The notes: generated by a model from the letters alone, not told the origin. A stretch of 63,992 bases of DNA, filler included, from an uncultured bacterium (GCA_964543115.1; 3 parts of 3 records of this genome joined end to end with filler, not necessarily neighbours in it); one strand, 5' to 3'. Shown: positions 20,301 through 29,117, numbered from the whole stretch's first letter. A program made the numbers and translations.

Positions 20301-21530
20301 TTTAATCCATTCTACACTGCCGTCGGGATAGGAGACTTCCGCGACGATCACTTTCCTGCCGGCTGCGGGCAGACGGAGAGGGTCGGGAACAGCTGCTATG
20401 TGAACAGGTAATTGCTGCCGGACTGTTCTATTTTCATTTAAGCTGAAAACCTCGTTAACCAGTTCCCTCATATATTCAGCATGAGGACCGCGCAACAGGG
20501 AAAGGATCAGGGTGATATTGCGTTTTTCCAATTCATTAAGTCTTAGACCTGCGGTTTCTGCCTGGAGTTCCACGGCTATTTCTTCTCCCGCGCCTTGCCC
20601 TCGCTCTATCCTCTCCAGCACCGTAGTTAATCGATCCCCTATTGCCGGAATACCTGAGAGAAACTGTTTAACGCCCTCATTTGGATCCAGGGTCTCAGGA
20701 ACAGCTAAATTACTGGCAGCGGTACCTGTTTTTAACCGATCCTGTATATCCTGGTTAAGCATTATCGAATGATAAGGATTATCCGGTTCTACCTTGGTAA
20801 TCTTGGGGGAAATCACCAGATGATCCACTCCGTCTGCCGCTAATAAACGGCTGATCCCTTCCGCGTGAAATCCTCCGGCAACCATTACCGCTCTTTTCTT
20901 CCCTTCACGGGACATCTTGGCCAAGGTATTAGCCACCAAGACCCGGTCCCGCTGCCGCGCTATCCGGTAAAATCGATCTGCCGGAATGAGACATTCTTCT
21001 ATTTTTTCCCGGACATCTCGATCGTCTAAACACGCCGGGAAAGTTACCTGATGCCGCGTTGCCTCGGCCTTTAAAAAAGCAAGGATTTTTCGCAACTTAA
21101 ACTCTTTACTATTCTCTTCGTAATATCGCAACTCCCGCCTGGTAAGCTCTAAATGCCTTAATTTTTCCAGCACGCGTACGCGCCGGGAACCGCCGTCGAG
21201 CTTTTCTTCCGTTTCGTTCCGGAATAATCCCTGTTTTTGCCTGCCGGTGATTACCTCAATTTCACTGAATAAATCTTCTAGATCAATCCGGGCCTGAAGT
21301 TTCAATAATTCAACATAACGCCCCAGTTCTTGCCAGTGAGTTAAATCTTCCGCGCTAGCCGCTAATCCCTGATAATATTCTAAAGAATTTAGCTTACCTA
21401 ACTTAAATTCCAGCGTTTTCCGGACTAACTGTTTCAGTGCCTCGCGGGGAAGTCCTTTCTCCAAATGGCTGATTAATCGCTTTCGCTCTCCCGCCAATCT
21501 CTTAAAATCAATTTGGTTCTCCAGAGCCAT
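14373..21530 (-). CDS. Giant protein, C-terminal part (2385 aa): end of an EreA/ChaN-like domain, two HExxH motifs, Glu-rich linker, TM helix, tandem LysM domains
   Basis: RDRVLVAN and VAGGFHAEGI; HELDH (~18240-18254) and HELAHE (~16086-16103); YKVRPGDYNLYKLAARYY and HPVKKGETLWGISMRYNI (LysM, ~16640-16920); TM ~17100-17160. Confidence 0.8.
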   Translation of the reverse strand: MALENQIDFKRLAGERKRLISHLEKGLPREALKQLVRKTLEFKLGKLNSLEYYQGLAASAEDLTHWQELGRYVELLKLQARIDLEDLFSEIEVITGRQKQGLFRNETEEKLDGGSRRVRVLEKLRHLELTRRELRYYEENSKEFKLRKILAFLKAEATRHQVTFPACLDDRDVREKIEECLIPADRFYRIARQRDRVLVANTLAKMSREGKKRAVMVAGGFHAEGISRLLAADGVDHLVISPKITKVEPDNPYHSIMLNQDIQDRLKTGTAASNLAVPETLDPNEGVKQFLSGIPAIGDRLTTVLERIERGQGAGEEIAVELQAETAGLRLNELEKRNITLILSLLRGPHAEYMRELVNEVFSLNENRTVRQQLPVHIAAVPDPLRLPAAGRKVIVAEVSYPDGSVEWIKDNSPFNNTIIGQVEAVNENYLNEYLRQMEAHAVTPAQTRALAALIQVVLSNYFKGYPKEADLVVDDEFTRRRYPHLRQYEKLIAIRNQLRGKQHKREKLRTLIERTRKILTEEISGEGLEELNRYLVPAAVAAFESEIHFFTSISEFWSALSPFRIRLVLNGSSPAAIDRENQTLEIDLTVCLSAALYRRHELLLRVLLAQRYRYAAAKIFGELLRVEETAIPRGLLTDIALILLEDGDINARLDEGRFVKHYSREIYLKELQLLGAREYMKLLEQLARAREDTAGKIRLIYGYLRNNYDLPRRYNLSPGKELPRADEISDFLQPGIDDLLYRIEFWEPPRRRRFEEIELVGEREAEEETAIPETIGGYRSQTGDDSISEDGTLAGFRYKQPPEEKVYSLAEEKYESALQEIERARDNLAQQPDLSEHEKICLYVNRVLGNYFIALSVITASRALRFLRGEEINGNDPDQVRFTRLYKLMLAVLDLRGVNGSLIFGAEAAEFKTLLRRLFREAADIDSIENKLFDGIRNCIYLIRYNVHIEIQSVSRSVETALREIKTPFLTMISHKIVSKRYLASELKGPGMSRRRLPIYYLGERIDRIRKEVAALGFTYTGELHGVVLNETIRAETKKQLLPLLLGRATGGHKLNQLAEQALLIDYGPVTEGNTEQMEKIICTSQNSTAIHELDHTVYQEGLGSLKEFNRIKTESLSYLASIWRGTRADRRGLYSRKTPFHYRDERAGGPELRQEQFDAPFTELMKILNLYIYTKASLSDMYGIYYNCSRIIVEELGARLGISLLDHENDNNRLDNAARILERLLERTPGDVTESKEYLKWLAYRIYRKLKRAGADYPWREEKRKRGDTAVAEAKEEKAPIAADTEPRQKKETIPPFEVEVEETEKEEEEKAEDDREEEETNEADPDPAAETADREPEAEDRGPDFEEWLAGQAADEVESEAEEIPEELKPAAAQQEPEQESLLLRLWRWLFAAEESEKESVAELLETIYPEEDEGRPVLAEKIPDTLFFTIGGDTLLRGSDWFIKHSGLRRIMLSVSRIASVAVLIALVIFMSFVFVRGANDAIESWNQPPPPQQQQTIPRKEPDSDGPAIESAKKLDIEEAVREDNKRAEPEEIVYKVRPGDYNLYKLAARYYNNQRLAPLLARYNRVSKPYGLAAGQEIRLPLHLFHPVKKGETLWGISMRYNIRWDRISTMNDMWIPDYNSLLAGERVIVGRRVQAAGERAGGEKAAHMEALRLKQGRAGLWLRRGWYSDGEEVNLGQRGRLAEYKERVTAEKQTEQLELRKLGKDSFIKVVYDLDREKEQEVKVTLTGLINKMSRREQEQLMTRIAAGPSATLVISMLSGSTHLFEDHQGNGFIGINEQLYQATKGDGNQQLRTNLLRLGLRHELAHEIEGEQRGSALRAFESRQAVQDIKYAAELGLRADRLIDISILDFKEDDSEPARFLSELQWRDLASQLGVGAERLPDLMELLRAPGDREKTETVKRALWRIMRGNDGEIRAEEIELLTANFELVIGVMDKLLSGQGTLILEEEKKELIKRIAIQITIYALGKELLPQCIADLIAVLDVDRDYRPQAEKMLLELRRKDAAVAEVFLDRIEELSEKDIKAEVTALRRYIRVLHQVRRRLKLAAEETEPLRLSADTGKMIGDYLRRQQGRKKTALADVLARYLLGEELVVSGQAEAGIKKIISRKGLEQLPAELLSENSFREQRGHLDRQLNEELSALKRQRSLPVFHQHLSVYLGDGTAASLRQCSAKFDRSVLRVFRDVIAEQSLLVFSYDKERPKQLTVFKRLLAEKLPGTDTNTCFLFVPVTAADDYADIKTKVVTAIEARLDFSRIPEDISRSLVSLVTPEERFRRGRDEVNDRVLVTDTATTDYSLMWLIALRYARAEIDPEVGLNGEFWDDIRSILRTYYSGSKDSVEEIVKGMSGSGISLVLPPIIPFAADYYDALIGAEELISHSA

Positions 21531-21536
21531 TGCCCT

Positions 21537-22352
21537 TTATATTAATACGAAATAGTTTTCTATTACGGAAGCGGATGTTTCCCCGCTACCATTAACGCTC
21601 TGCGTTTTGTCCAAATACCGCACGTAATCTGTAAGCGGTAATTCTCCTGCGCTAAAGCTCCGGCATTTTCTATCTAATTCTTTCAGCTCCTCTGAATAGA
21701 TTTTATTTTTTAATTGTTCTGTCAATTCCGTTAATTGCCGGAAAAATTTGTCCGTTTCTCTGTTAGCGGACCAAGTTTGGCGGAATGATATGAAATTATC
21801 GGCATAAAGACGCGCGTTTTCTACCCCGTAAATACCAAACGGTAATTCCCGATATTGATTAATCTTTAGGTATTCCGCTCCGGTGACATAGCCTTCTTTA
21901 ACGAATCTGTCTACGGCTCTCTGTTTCCCGGGACCGGGGGTATAGCGGCCATAACGGCTAAGATCGATGTCTCCGGCGGCGCCCTCAATCGCTACCAGGC
22001 CGGCGCCGTAATCCTCTATCAGCACTTCCAGTATTTTGGCGATATTGTGCTGCGCCTCATAATTGCAATGGGCATCTTTCACCAGAAAGACCAACGGTTT
22101 TTTTGCTTCTGCCGCAGCTGTTAAGGCGGGATAGCTTGTCTTTTCAATAAAACCATATTGTTCCGGAATATGGATTTTCACTGTCCGCGCAGTATGATCA
22201 GTAAATTCTGCTGCGGCCGTCAGTCGCGCGGCACTAACAATGTCCGCGGACGCAAACCGGGGAACACTCTGCGTGAGGAAGGTTATAGTTAATAATATGG
22301 ATAGTACTCTTGAAGATAAACCTATTGCCGGCTTTTTTATCGCCTTTAGCAT
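21537..22352 (-). CDS. Giant protein, N-terminal part (signal peptide plus start of the EreA/ChaN-like domain); in frame with 14373..21530 and separated by a single TAA
   Basis: Start ATG 22352 with GGGGGGAG RBS; KDAHCNYEAQHNIA and LVAIEGA motifs; junction reads ...VLI-TAA-AGG-GCA-ATG(MALE...). Confidence 0.75.
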   Translation of the reverse strand: MLKAIKKPAIGLSSRVLSILLTITFLTQSVPRFASADIVSAARLTAAAEFTDHTARTVKIHIPEQYGFIEKTSYPALTAAAEAKKPLVFLVKDAHCNYEAQHNIAKILEVLIEDYGAGLVAIEGAAGDIDLSRYGRYTPGPGKQRAVDRFVKEGYVTGAEYLKINQYRELPFGIYGVENARLYADNFISFRQTWSANRETDKFFRQLTELTEQLKNKIYSEELKELDRKCRSFSAGELPLTDYVRYLDKTQSVNGSGETSASVIENYFVLI

Positions 22353-22380
22353 GCTCCCCCCCAAAAGAATACTGCTGAAT

Positions 22381-22441
22381 AAAAAAAAGACCAAACCGCC
22401 TAAGCACACCATGATAAAAGATTCACTTCGGCAGTTCGGCC
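22381..22441 (-). terminator. Intrinsic terminator/attenuator in the leader of the giant gene, overlapping the riboswitch aptamer
   Basis: GGCCGAACUGCC pairs with GGCGGUUUGGUC (12 bp including G-U pairs; 29-nt loop), followed by U8. Confidence 0.7.
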
Positions 22442-22580
22442 TTCTGATTCCCTATAATCTCTAACCTCTTTTGGACAGCGGGAATATTGTTCCCGGCTAA
22501 AGCCAAAAACCACAGATTACAGGCAAAACAGAACCGAAACTTTGTGTCCTCTGATTACTCAGAGTTTACCCTTTTCGAAT
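22426..22580 (-). ncRNA. c-di-GMP-I (GEMM-I) riboswitch aptamer with an extended P3
   Basis: UUCG-AAAA-GGGUAAAC-UCUGA-GUAA-UCAGA-GGACACAAAG-UUUCGGUUCUG...CAGAAGGCCGAAC-UGC-CGAA. GNRA tetraloop hairpin, GGYAAAC and GACRCAAAG motifs, P1 UUCG/CGAA, inner P3 CCUGUAAUCU/AGAUUAUAGG. Confidence 0.8.
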
Positions 22581-22599
22581 TCAAATTCCTTTACACTTC

Positions 22600-22628
22600 A
22601 ATATGCCATCAGTAACCGTACTTGTCAA
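22600..22628 (-). promoter_or_regulatory. Sigma70-type promoter upstream of the riboswitch and giant gene
   Basis: TTGACA-17 bp-CATATT; the predicted start site falls just before the aptamer. Confidence 0.7.
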
Positions 22629-22739
22629 CAGGGGAAGAAAAAAAAGGAAGGAGATATTTCCAGACTGGCCAAATAGCTCTTTATGTATCTAACCAACAAT
22701 ATCTTACGCAACACGGAAATGAGCCCTAAACCAGGTTAT

Positions 22740-23288
22740 TTACCTGATACTTTTAACATAGCGCTCGTAGCGTTCCGCTACCGCCGGTGATTTCACCAGC
22801 ACGTTTGTCTCGTGGTTCTTGTCCATGGCGCTGTAGCTCCAGTTGCTGCTGCCGATAACGGTGTAAAGGCCGTCTACGATGATCAGTTTGGCGTGGGTGG
22901 TTACAAAGGAAGAATCCAGCTTGTAGGGGATATTGTTATCATCAAAGAACTGGATCACCCGAGTATTTTCCAGGCGTTGCGGCCGGTTCTTGCCAGTTGA
23001 GGGCGCACCCTGATCCAAAATAACCTGCACCTTTACTCCCCGTTTTTTCGCGGCGGCCAGGTCGCGCAGCAGAATATTTGTCGGGCTGTCAGGGTACTTA
23101 TCATAGTAGCGGGCAGAAAACATCACTAGATAAATACTTTCTTTCGCCTGCTCAAACAACTTATGCACCCGCGGATAATATTGCCGGTCATTAATAATCT
23201 CTACATCTTCCGCGGGCAATGAAAAAACCGCGGAAGATAAAAACAGCACAAATATAACTGTCAACAGGAAATAACGGATTGTTTTCAT
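22740..23288 (-). CDS. Exported single-domain phospholipase D / Nuc-like protein
   Basis: HAKLIIVD (HxK(x)4D) and GSSNWS; N-terminal signal peptide. Confidence 0.85.
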   Translation of the reverse strand: MKTIRYFLLTVIFVLFLSSAVFSLPAEDVEIINDRQYYPRVHKLFEQAKESIYLVMFSARYYDKYPDSPTNILLRDLAAAKKRGVKVQVILDQGAPSTGKNRPQRLENTRVIQFFDDNNIPYKLDSSFVTTHAKLIIVDGLYTVIGSSNWSYSAMDKNHETNVLVKSPAVAERYERYVKSIR

Positions 23289-23299
23289 TTATACACTCC

Positions 23300-23819
23300 T
23301 TATTTACGCGGTTTGAGCAGGGCGCGTGCCGGTGCCCCGTCGGCATTGGCAATCTTCAGCGGGAGGCAGATTAAATCATATCTTCCCGGTCTTATTTTGG
23401 CCAAATTCAACCCTTCAATAATCCAAATACCGCGCTGCAAAAGAAATTTATGCGTTTGGGCGCCGTCCCGGTAAAATCCTCCTACGGAGAGGTAATCTAT
23501 ACCCACTGTGCGGATGCCGATACGGGCTAAATATTCCGCCGCTTCTTTTGATATATAAACGAATTTCTTAATAAACGTTTTCCTGGTCCAGCAGCGGGAG
23601 GAATTGATGGTCCTAAACAGAATCCTTTCTCCCCGCCGCAGCCGGTGTTTTCTGAGCTCTTTTACTTTCACGGATTCCCTGTCTCTTATCCGGATCACTC
23701 TTGCCGCACCGATCACGGCAGCTGCCGGCAAGGTATCAATAGTTTTTCCGCTGCGAATGAAATGTGACGGCGCATCCATATGTGTACCGCTATGTGCACC
23801 CATTGTAAGCTCAGAAACA
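23300..23819 (-). CDS. Cyclase family (kynurenine formamidase-like) metal hydrolase, 5'-truncated at the contig end
   Basis: HSGTHMDAPSH, VGIDYLS and IEGLNL motifs; the frame is open up to the N run. Confidence 0.85.
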
Positions 23820-23919
23820 NNNNNNNNNNNNNNNNNNNNNNNNNNNNNNNNNNNNNNNNNNNNTTAATTAATTAANNNNNNNNNNNNNNNNNNNNNNNNN
23901 NNNNNNNNNNNNNNNNNNN
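23820..23919. other. Artificial contig linker
   Basis: 44 N + TTAATTAATTAA (stops in all six frames) + 44 N. Confidence 0.97.
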
Positions 23920-26900
23920 AATTTTTATCCCTGCCGCCCGGGGACGCCCTCCAGGGAAATCAGAGAATTGGCCAAACGGATTAGGAGCCCAATGCACACT
24001 AACCTGTTTAATAGTCCCTTTCCTGTTTACGAATTTTTTAATAGGAACTGTGTGCCACTTACCCATCTTCAGCGGTTGTGGATAATACATATTAGAATCA
24101 TTCGGGTTCTGTCCCGGGGCGGTCATTCTCAGTAAGAATTTTCCCGAACCAGGCACATACACCTGAACAGAATCATTGACACTCAAATTTGTCTGCGCGA
24201 TATCCTTATAACATACTTTCCATTGATACATTACCCGACACCTACCCACATCTATTACCCGGCCGCCGCTAGCTGGTTTATCAACTTTGCTTTCCGCGTC
24301 AGGACGAGGTACCGGAACAGGAACTTGTTTTTGTTCTGATCCTGTTGCTGGTGCTGGTATTTCACTTGGCACTCTGGTTTGTACCCTTTTCCCCTTAAAA
24401 AATCTGGGATTTCTTATCTGAACTACCGCTTTAATAGGATTACCTGCTGTATCTGTACCCACATCAAAAGAGATTGCTCCAATCGCATCGATATCCGCAC
24501 CAAGAGATTCTGCCTCAGTCAATCTGATTACCACCTCTTGCCACTTACCATTTCCCTTTATCGGCACATTAATGTGGGGCGGAACATTATCCCAGTTTTG
24601 AGCGGCAAGATAATGCTTATCAACAAAATTTACCCTTACAGCCTTGGTCCCCTGCAAACCCTTAACACGAAACCGAAGTTCCGTATATCCCTTGCTTTTT
24701 AATTTTATCGGCTTAACAAAACTTACCTCAGCACTATTCCATAATGCCACTGATTTTACTATTATGGTTTTACTGCGTCTGTCCACTTTCAGCAAACCGC
24801 TCCGCCCCACTGCAGTATCCGGCAAAGGACCGATCTTTTTCAAATACATTGGATCCAACATAAGCATTTCCTTGGACTCAACAGCAGCGCTTTTTGGCAC
24901 ACGGGATTTAGCTACCTTTTTAATTGTTACTCCCGGCCGGTGAACAAATTTTTGTTTTGATTTCCCCATATTTTTTAATAAAAGGTCTATTCCATTGTTA
25001 ATACTGATAATGCCATTATTCGTGCCATATCTTCTCACCGCATTCAAACCGCGCCTATTTTTACCGCTAGGATCAAAGGGATCAATTCCCAACAAGGCGA
25101 ACAACATCCAATTGCCGGCAGTACTGCCGCCATAGGCCACCGGTGTATTCCAACCGTAACCCGTAGGCAAATTGCGGCCAGTAGCATATTCCCAATACCA
25201 TTCACCATTATGCTGGGTGGCCCTCAGTAGAGCAAAATATTTCAGGGCGTCAGCCATTGCTAAAAATTTTGCCGCTTCTTTTTTCTTGCCCTGTTTATAA
25301 AGATAATTGGCACCTACTTCTAAAGCAAGAATAGCGCCGCCGGTCCATTCATCGGTAATCATTGGCTGCCGGCTAATCTGGTTCCGATCACTATAATCAA
25401 CACCAATTGTCGTTACTTTATAGCCATCAGGCCTAACATAACTAGTAACCGCCATAGCTCTTTGCACTATCCAATTAAGCAGACCCTCAGTAGTTCCGCT
25501 TCCCCAGACCTGATCCAGCTTTTCCGGACCAACCGAAAGAATCCCCCAGGTCTGGACATCAGTGGGAATCTGTTTATTCACTTTACCGAATCTTATCCCC
25601 TGATAAAAATAGCCAAGTTTTCCCTCTCGCTGATAAATACCTTTAGCCTTTAACCCGCGCAGCACTTTCTCCGCCTTTCCTCGACATTTTGCGGCAAAAG
25701 CTCTATCCTTATTTTGAAAATAATCTGCTGTCTGCCGGAGAAATCCGTACATATCCCACATATTTTCCGTATGCCCCATTCGCTCCCTTTTAGGTGCACC
25801 ATCAATATCCTGTCCCGCTGGACCAGCAGCCACAATAGATTCTTTGTTCATTAAGCCAAAACCCATTTCAGCAATACCGCGCACGAATTTTTCAAATTTG
25901 GCCCGCTCCGCCCGGGGAATACTCCGGTCTAACATCAGGGCCTGAGCAGTTTTTCCCATCCACCAGAATTGGGGACCACCATCGGTATACCATTCAATGA
26001 TGCCCGCACCCTGCGGCCAGCTGGAACTGGTATCCACACAATTTATGATATGTTTACGAAACTTCCCGTCAGCATCCATCAAGACCCGCAGTATCCCATA
26101 CACCCCATTACCATCAATCAACTTGTTTTGCGGATTCCGCAATTCACTGACAGAATAGGCATTATAGCGGGTGGCAAAATAAGACAGAATCTTCCTGGCC
26201 TTTTGGGGTTGACCAGTACGTAAATAGCGCAGGGCTACATGGGCCAGGTCATAGGTAAAAGCACCGGTAGTAAAACCATGCCTTATCGCCACTGTTCTAG
26301 TATCCCCAACATGGCTGGGCGGCAGACCGGTAGTTGTTTTGGAGATGCGCGCTAACCATTTATCTAATCCCCTTTGCGCGGTCTTCGCCCAGGCCGGGTT
26401 AAATTGATTAACCGTTCTTATCTCTATTGTCCTGCCCCGGAAATTAAACAATCCCTTCGTTAGAGCCGCTTTGCCCGGCAGAGTCGGTTGCACTGCCGGC
26501 GCCGTTGACGCTGCCGCCGGCTGGCTCGGCGCTGCCTGGATCTTCACTTCCGCAACAGCAGGCTCCGGGGTTTTCTTGCCGGAACAATCACTACAGGCAC
26601 TCATCACCAGGCCGCAAACTAAAACAACTGCCATGGGAACAATTGCCACGGCAAAACCTTTCTCCAAACCGGTTTCTAATTTCTGCGGTTCGACCTGAAT
26701 CCTTAACCTGTTTAAAAGAACGTTTAATTTACCGGCAAGCGAGCTGATCATTTGGCGATAAAACTGCCGGAGAGACAATTTAGGAGTTTTTATCCCGAAC
26801 ATTAACTGCGCGTCCCTCAACTGTTCAGCCAGGCGGTGATCTGTTTCGTGTAAATCTAATAAATTCTGCGAAGATGCTTCCACCAGCATGTTTTTGTACG

Positions 26901-28923
26901 CTTGATAAAAGGCCAGTTCCTTCTTGGCCAGCCGCACCGTTTGTTGATTTATATATTCTTGGTTAAATTGCTCCCAGCTGAGCATTTCTCCGCTTTCCCC
27001 GTATAATTCTTGGTACTGTTCATATAAGGCAAACCTTGTTTCATAATTTATTGGTCTATCCTCCTCAATCCTCTTCCCTAACTTCTGGTAGGAAGTCAGG
27101 AAAACTATCCGCTGACGATTATTACGGACTGCGCCACTATTCAGGAAAACATCGCAGAAGGAATTATAAGAAAGCGCCTTGCGCGGAAACAAGCGGCTGA
27201 ATGTCTGGTATAATTCCATGGCCGGCGCGAATAGATAATAATCATGGCCTTCACCAAAGGCCTGCTCCAGGGAGTTAATCACCGCTGCCGTTTCTTCCGG
27301 GGATAGTTCTGCCGGTAATTCCAGATCGCCCGTTTTCAGGCTGTAGGTAAAATAGGTAACGGCACCGGCCAGGTCCAGGCCGTTACTGTTATAGAAAAGT
27401 GCTAACATGTCGAGAAATTCCGCCTGTAAACAGTTTGGCAGACGATCAAAAACAGCAACAAACATCTGCGTCTCGTCTTCTATCTCTGCCGGGTCAAAAC
27501 CGGTAATCAATCCGGATAAACTTTCTTTCTGAGCAGTAAAGAAATCGCCTTTCCGCTGGCGTTTATTTTCGTCAATAAATTGCAAAAAATTAAACACGGC
27601 AGCAGCGCCCAACAACTGATTATTACCGGCCGTATCTTCTGCTAATCTTTCGACTACGCTCCGGCGCAAAGAAACAGTTTCCGCACTTTTATCAATTTGC
27701 TCTGCCGGAATCCGCACCAGATAGGCAGGCAAAGTCAATCCTTGAAAGCGGGCAACGGCCAGCTCACTAAAAACATCCTCAAATATATAGAGGGTATCTT
27801 TGACCAGAGACGAATCAGTCCCGCCAAACACAAAATAGTAATTACCGGCAATCTCCATCGGCCAGGCCGCGTAGGAAACAGGCTCCGCGGCCACCGTTTC
27901 TTTTTCCTTCATCAGGTTGCCAATGATACAATTACTTACCGCTGCTAACTCCAGTTCCCCGACCAGAGCACTACGGGTCACCTCAGGTTCATGCAGGGCG
28001 CGTCCGATCATTGTAGATAAAACTCGTTCCAACTCCCAGGGTTTAGAATCTGTTACAACAAATTCTAATAAGTCCTCCGCGCCGGTTTCATCACCGGAGG
28101 CAAGAAAAAATAACTTACCGGTATTGGCATCGATCAAATACCTCTCCCCTGCGCTACTAGTCACAAGATAATCTTCATCCTCCTTTTGAACAGAGCTTAA
28201 TTCCACATCACCGCATTCTGTTTTCAAATTAACTGCAAGATACCTTCCTTCCTCCCCGCGAAAGATAAGACAGGCCACATGTCTTTCATCTCCCAGAGCG
28301 ATATAATCATCTTTAGCCCCGCAAACAAGTAATCCTTCTTGAACCGTTAATTCCGGGCCAAGTTCTTGAGCAAACAATGTCTGGAGAATAGCGGCAAACA
28401 CAGCAGCAGAGGAATCAAGCTTCCCTTTTTCTATTCTTCGATAAAGGGTCTGGAACCAGATATCCTTATTTAAAACAATTCTAAAAGGGCCAATACTGTC
28501 TGCGCTGTTTTGCTCTCCCTGACCGGAAGTTAACTCCAGCACCAGTTCTTGCCCTTTGATATATATATAGATAGATTGCGCGTGATGTTGAAGGATAAGA
28601 TTATCGGGCAGATTAACCAACAGGGAGATGATTTCTGCTTCCCGGCGATGAACACGGCGTAAATCCGCGATCGTGACAGCCCCCGCAGAAGGCAGCTGAA
28701 GATCATTTACATGATCGGCTAATCTCAACAGGGCCTGAGCAAGCTGTGGGGAAAGAACTTCATTTATCGCTTCTAATTGCTTGGCCCCGTCAATAGATAT
28801 ATAAGAGGTCAAACATCCCCTTGCCGGCCGGCTTGACAATCCGTCACGTATCTCACTAGCCCAGAGGATGTTATTGCTGAGGAAGCTAAGGACAATAAGA
28901 AGACAAACTGATTTTCTTAGCAC
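23920..28923 (-). CDS. Giant exported protein, 3'-truncated: unknown N-terminal region, internal TM/lipobox-like segment, six-hairpin glycosidase-like domain and CBM-like domain(s)
   Basis: Probable GTG start at 28923 (GGGGGG RBS) with signal peptide ...ILWA|SE. AIVPMAVVLVCGLVMSAC then a Pro/Ala linker. TYDLAH, HTENMWD, TDVQTW, TDEWTG and AGNW...IDPF pattern; ELRFRVKG...WQEVVIRL (beta-sandwich CBM-like). Confidence 0.65.
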
Positions 28924-29031
28924 TAATGGCCCCCCTAATGTTACATAAATTATATATAAATTATTACTCTCTAGTATAATAAAACATAGGAAGTTGCTGC
29001 TGTCAAGACCCGGCAAAAATGATTTTTAGCT

Positions 29032-29059
29032 TTGCAAAAGTACCGATCTTAGCTATAAT
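29032..29059 (+). promoter_or_regulatory. Sigma70-type promoter for the ppiD-like gene
   Basis: TTGCAA-16 bp-TATAAT. Confidence 0.55.
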
Positions 29060-29117
29060 ACCCCACTATACTACAAACTTGTAACATCTTGTTTTGCCCC
29101 CACAGTTTTGGAGGTTT

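Noticed and set aside
21537..21539. Alternative genetic code or programmed stop readthrough
   Set aside because: TAA, TAG and TGA all end conserved housekeeping genes at expected positions in this window, and no recoding signal was seen.
22481..22500. Shorter riboswitch fold pairing GUUUCGG with CCGGGAAC, which would imply a U92 ligand-variant aptamer
   Set aside because: The longer fold gives continuous P3 pairing, the canonical UGCC 3' motif and a P1 stem, so a variant-specificity claim is not supported.
23864..23875. TTAATTAATTAA palindrome as a biological site (also at 47650-47661)
   Set aside because: It is centred in identical N runs and is a six-frame-stop assembly linker.
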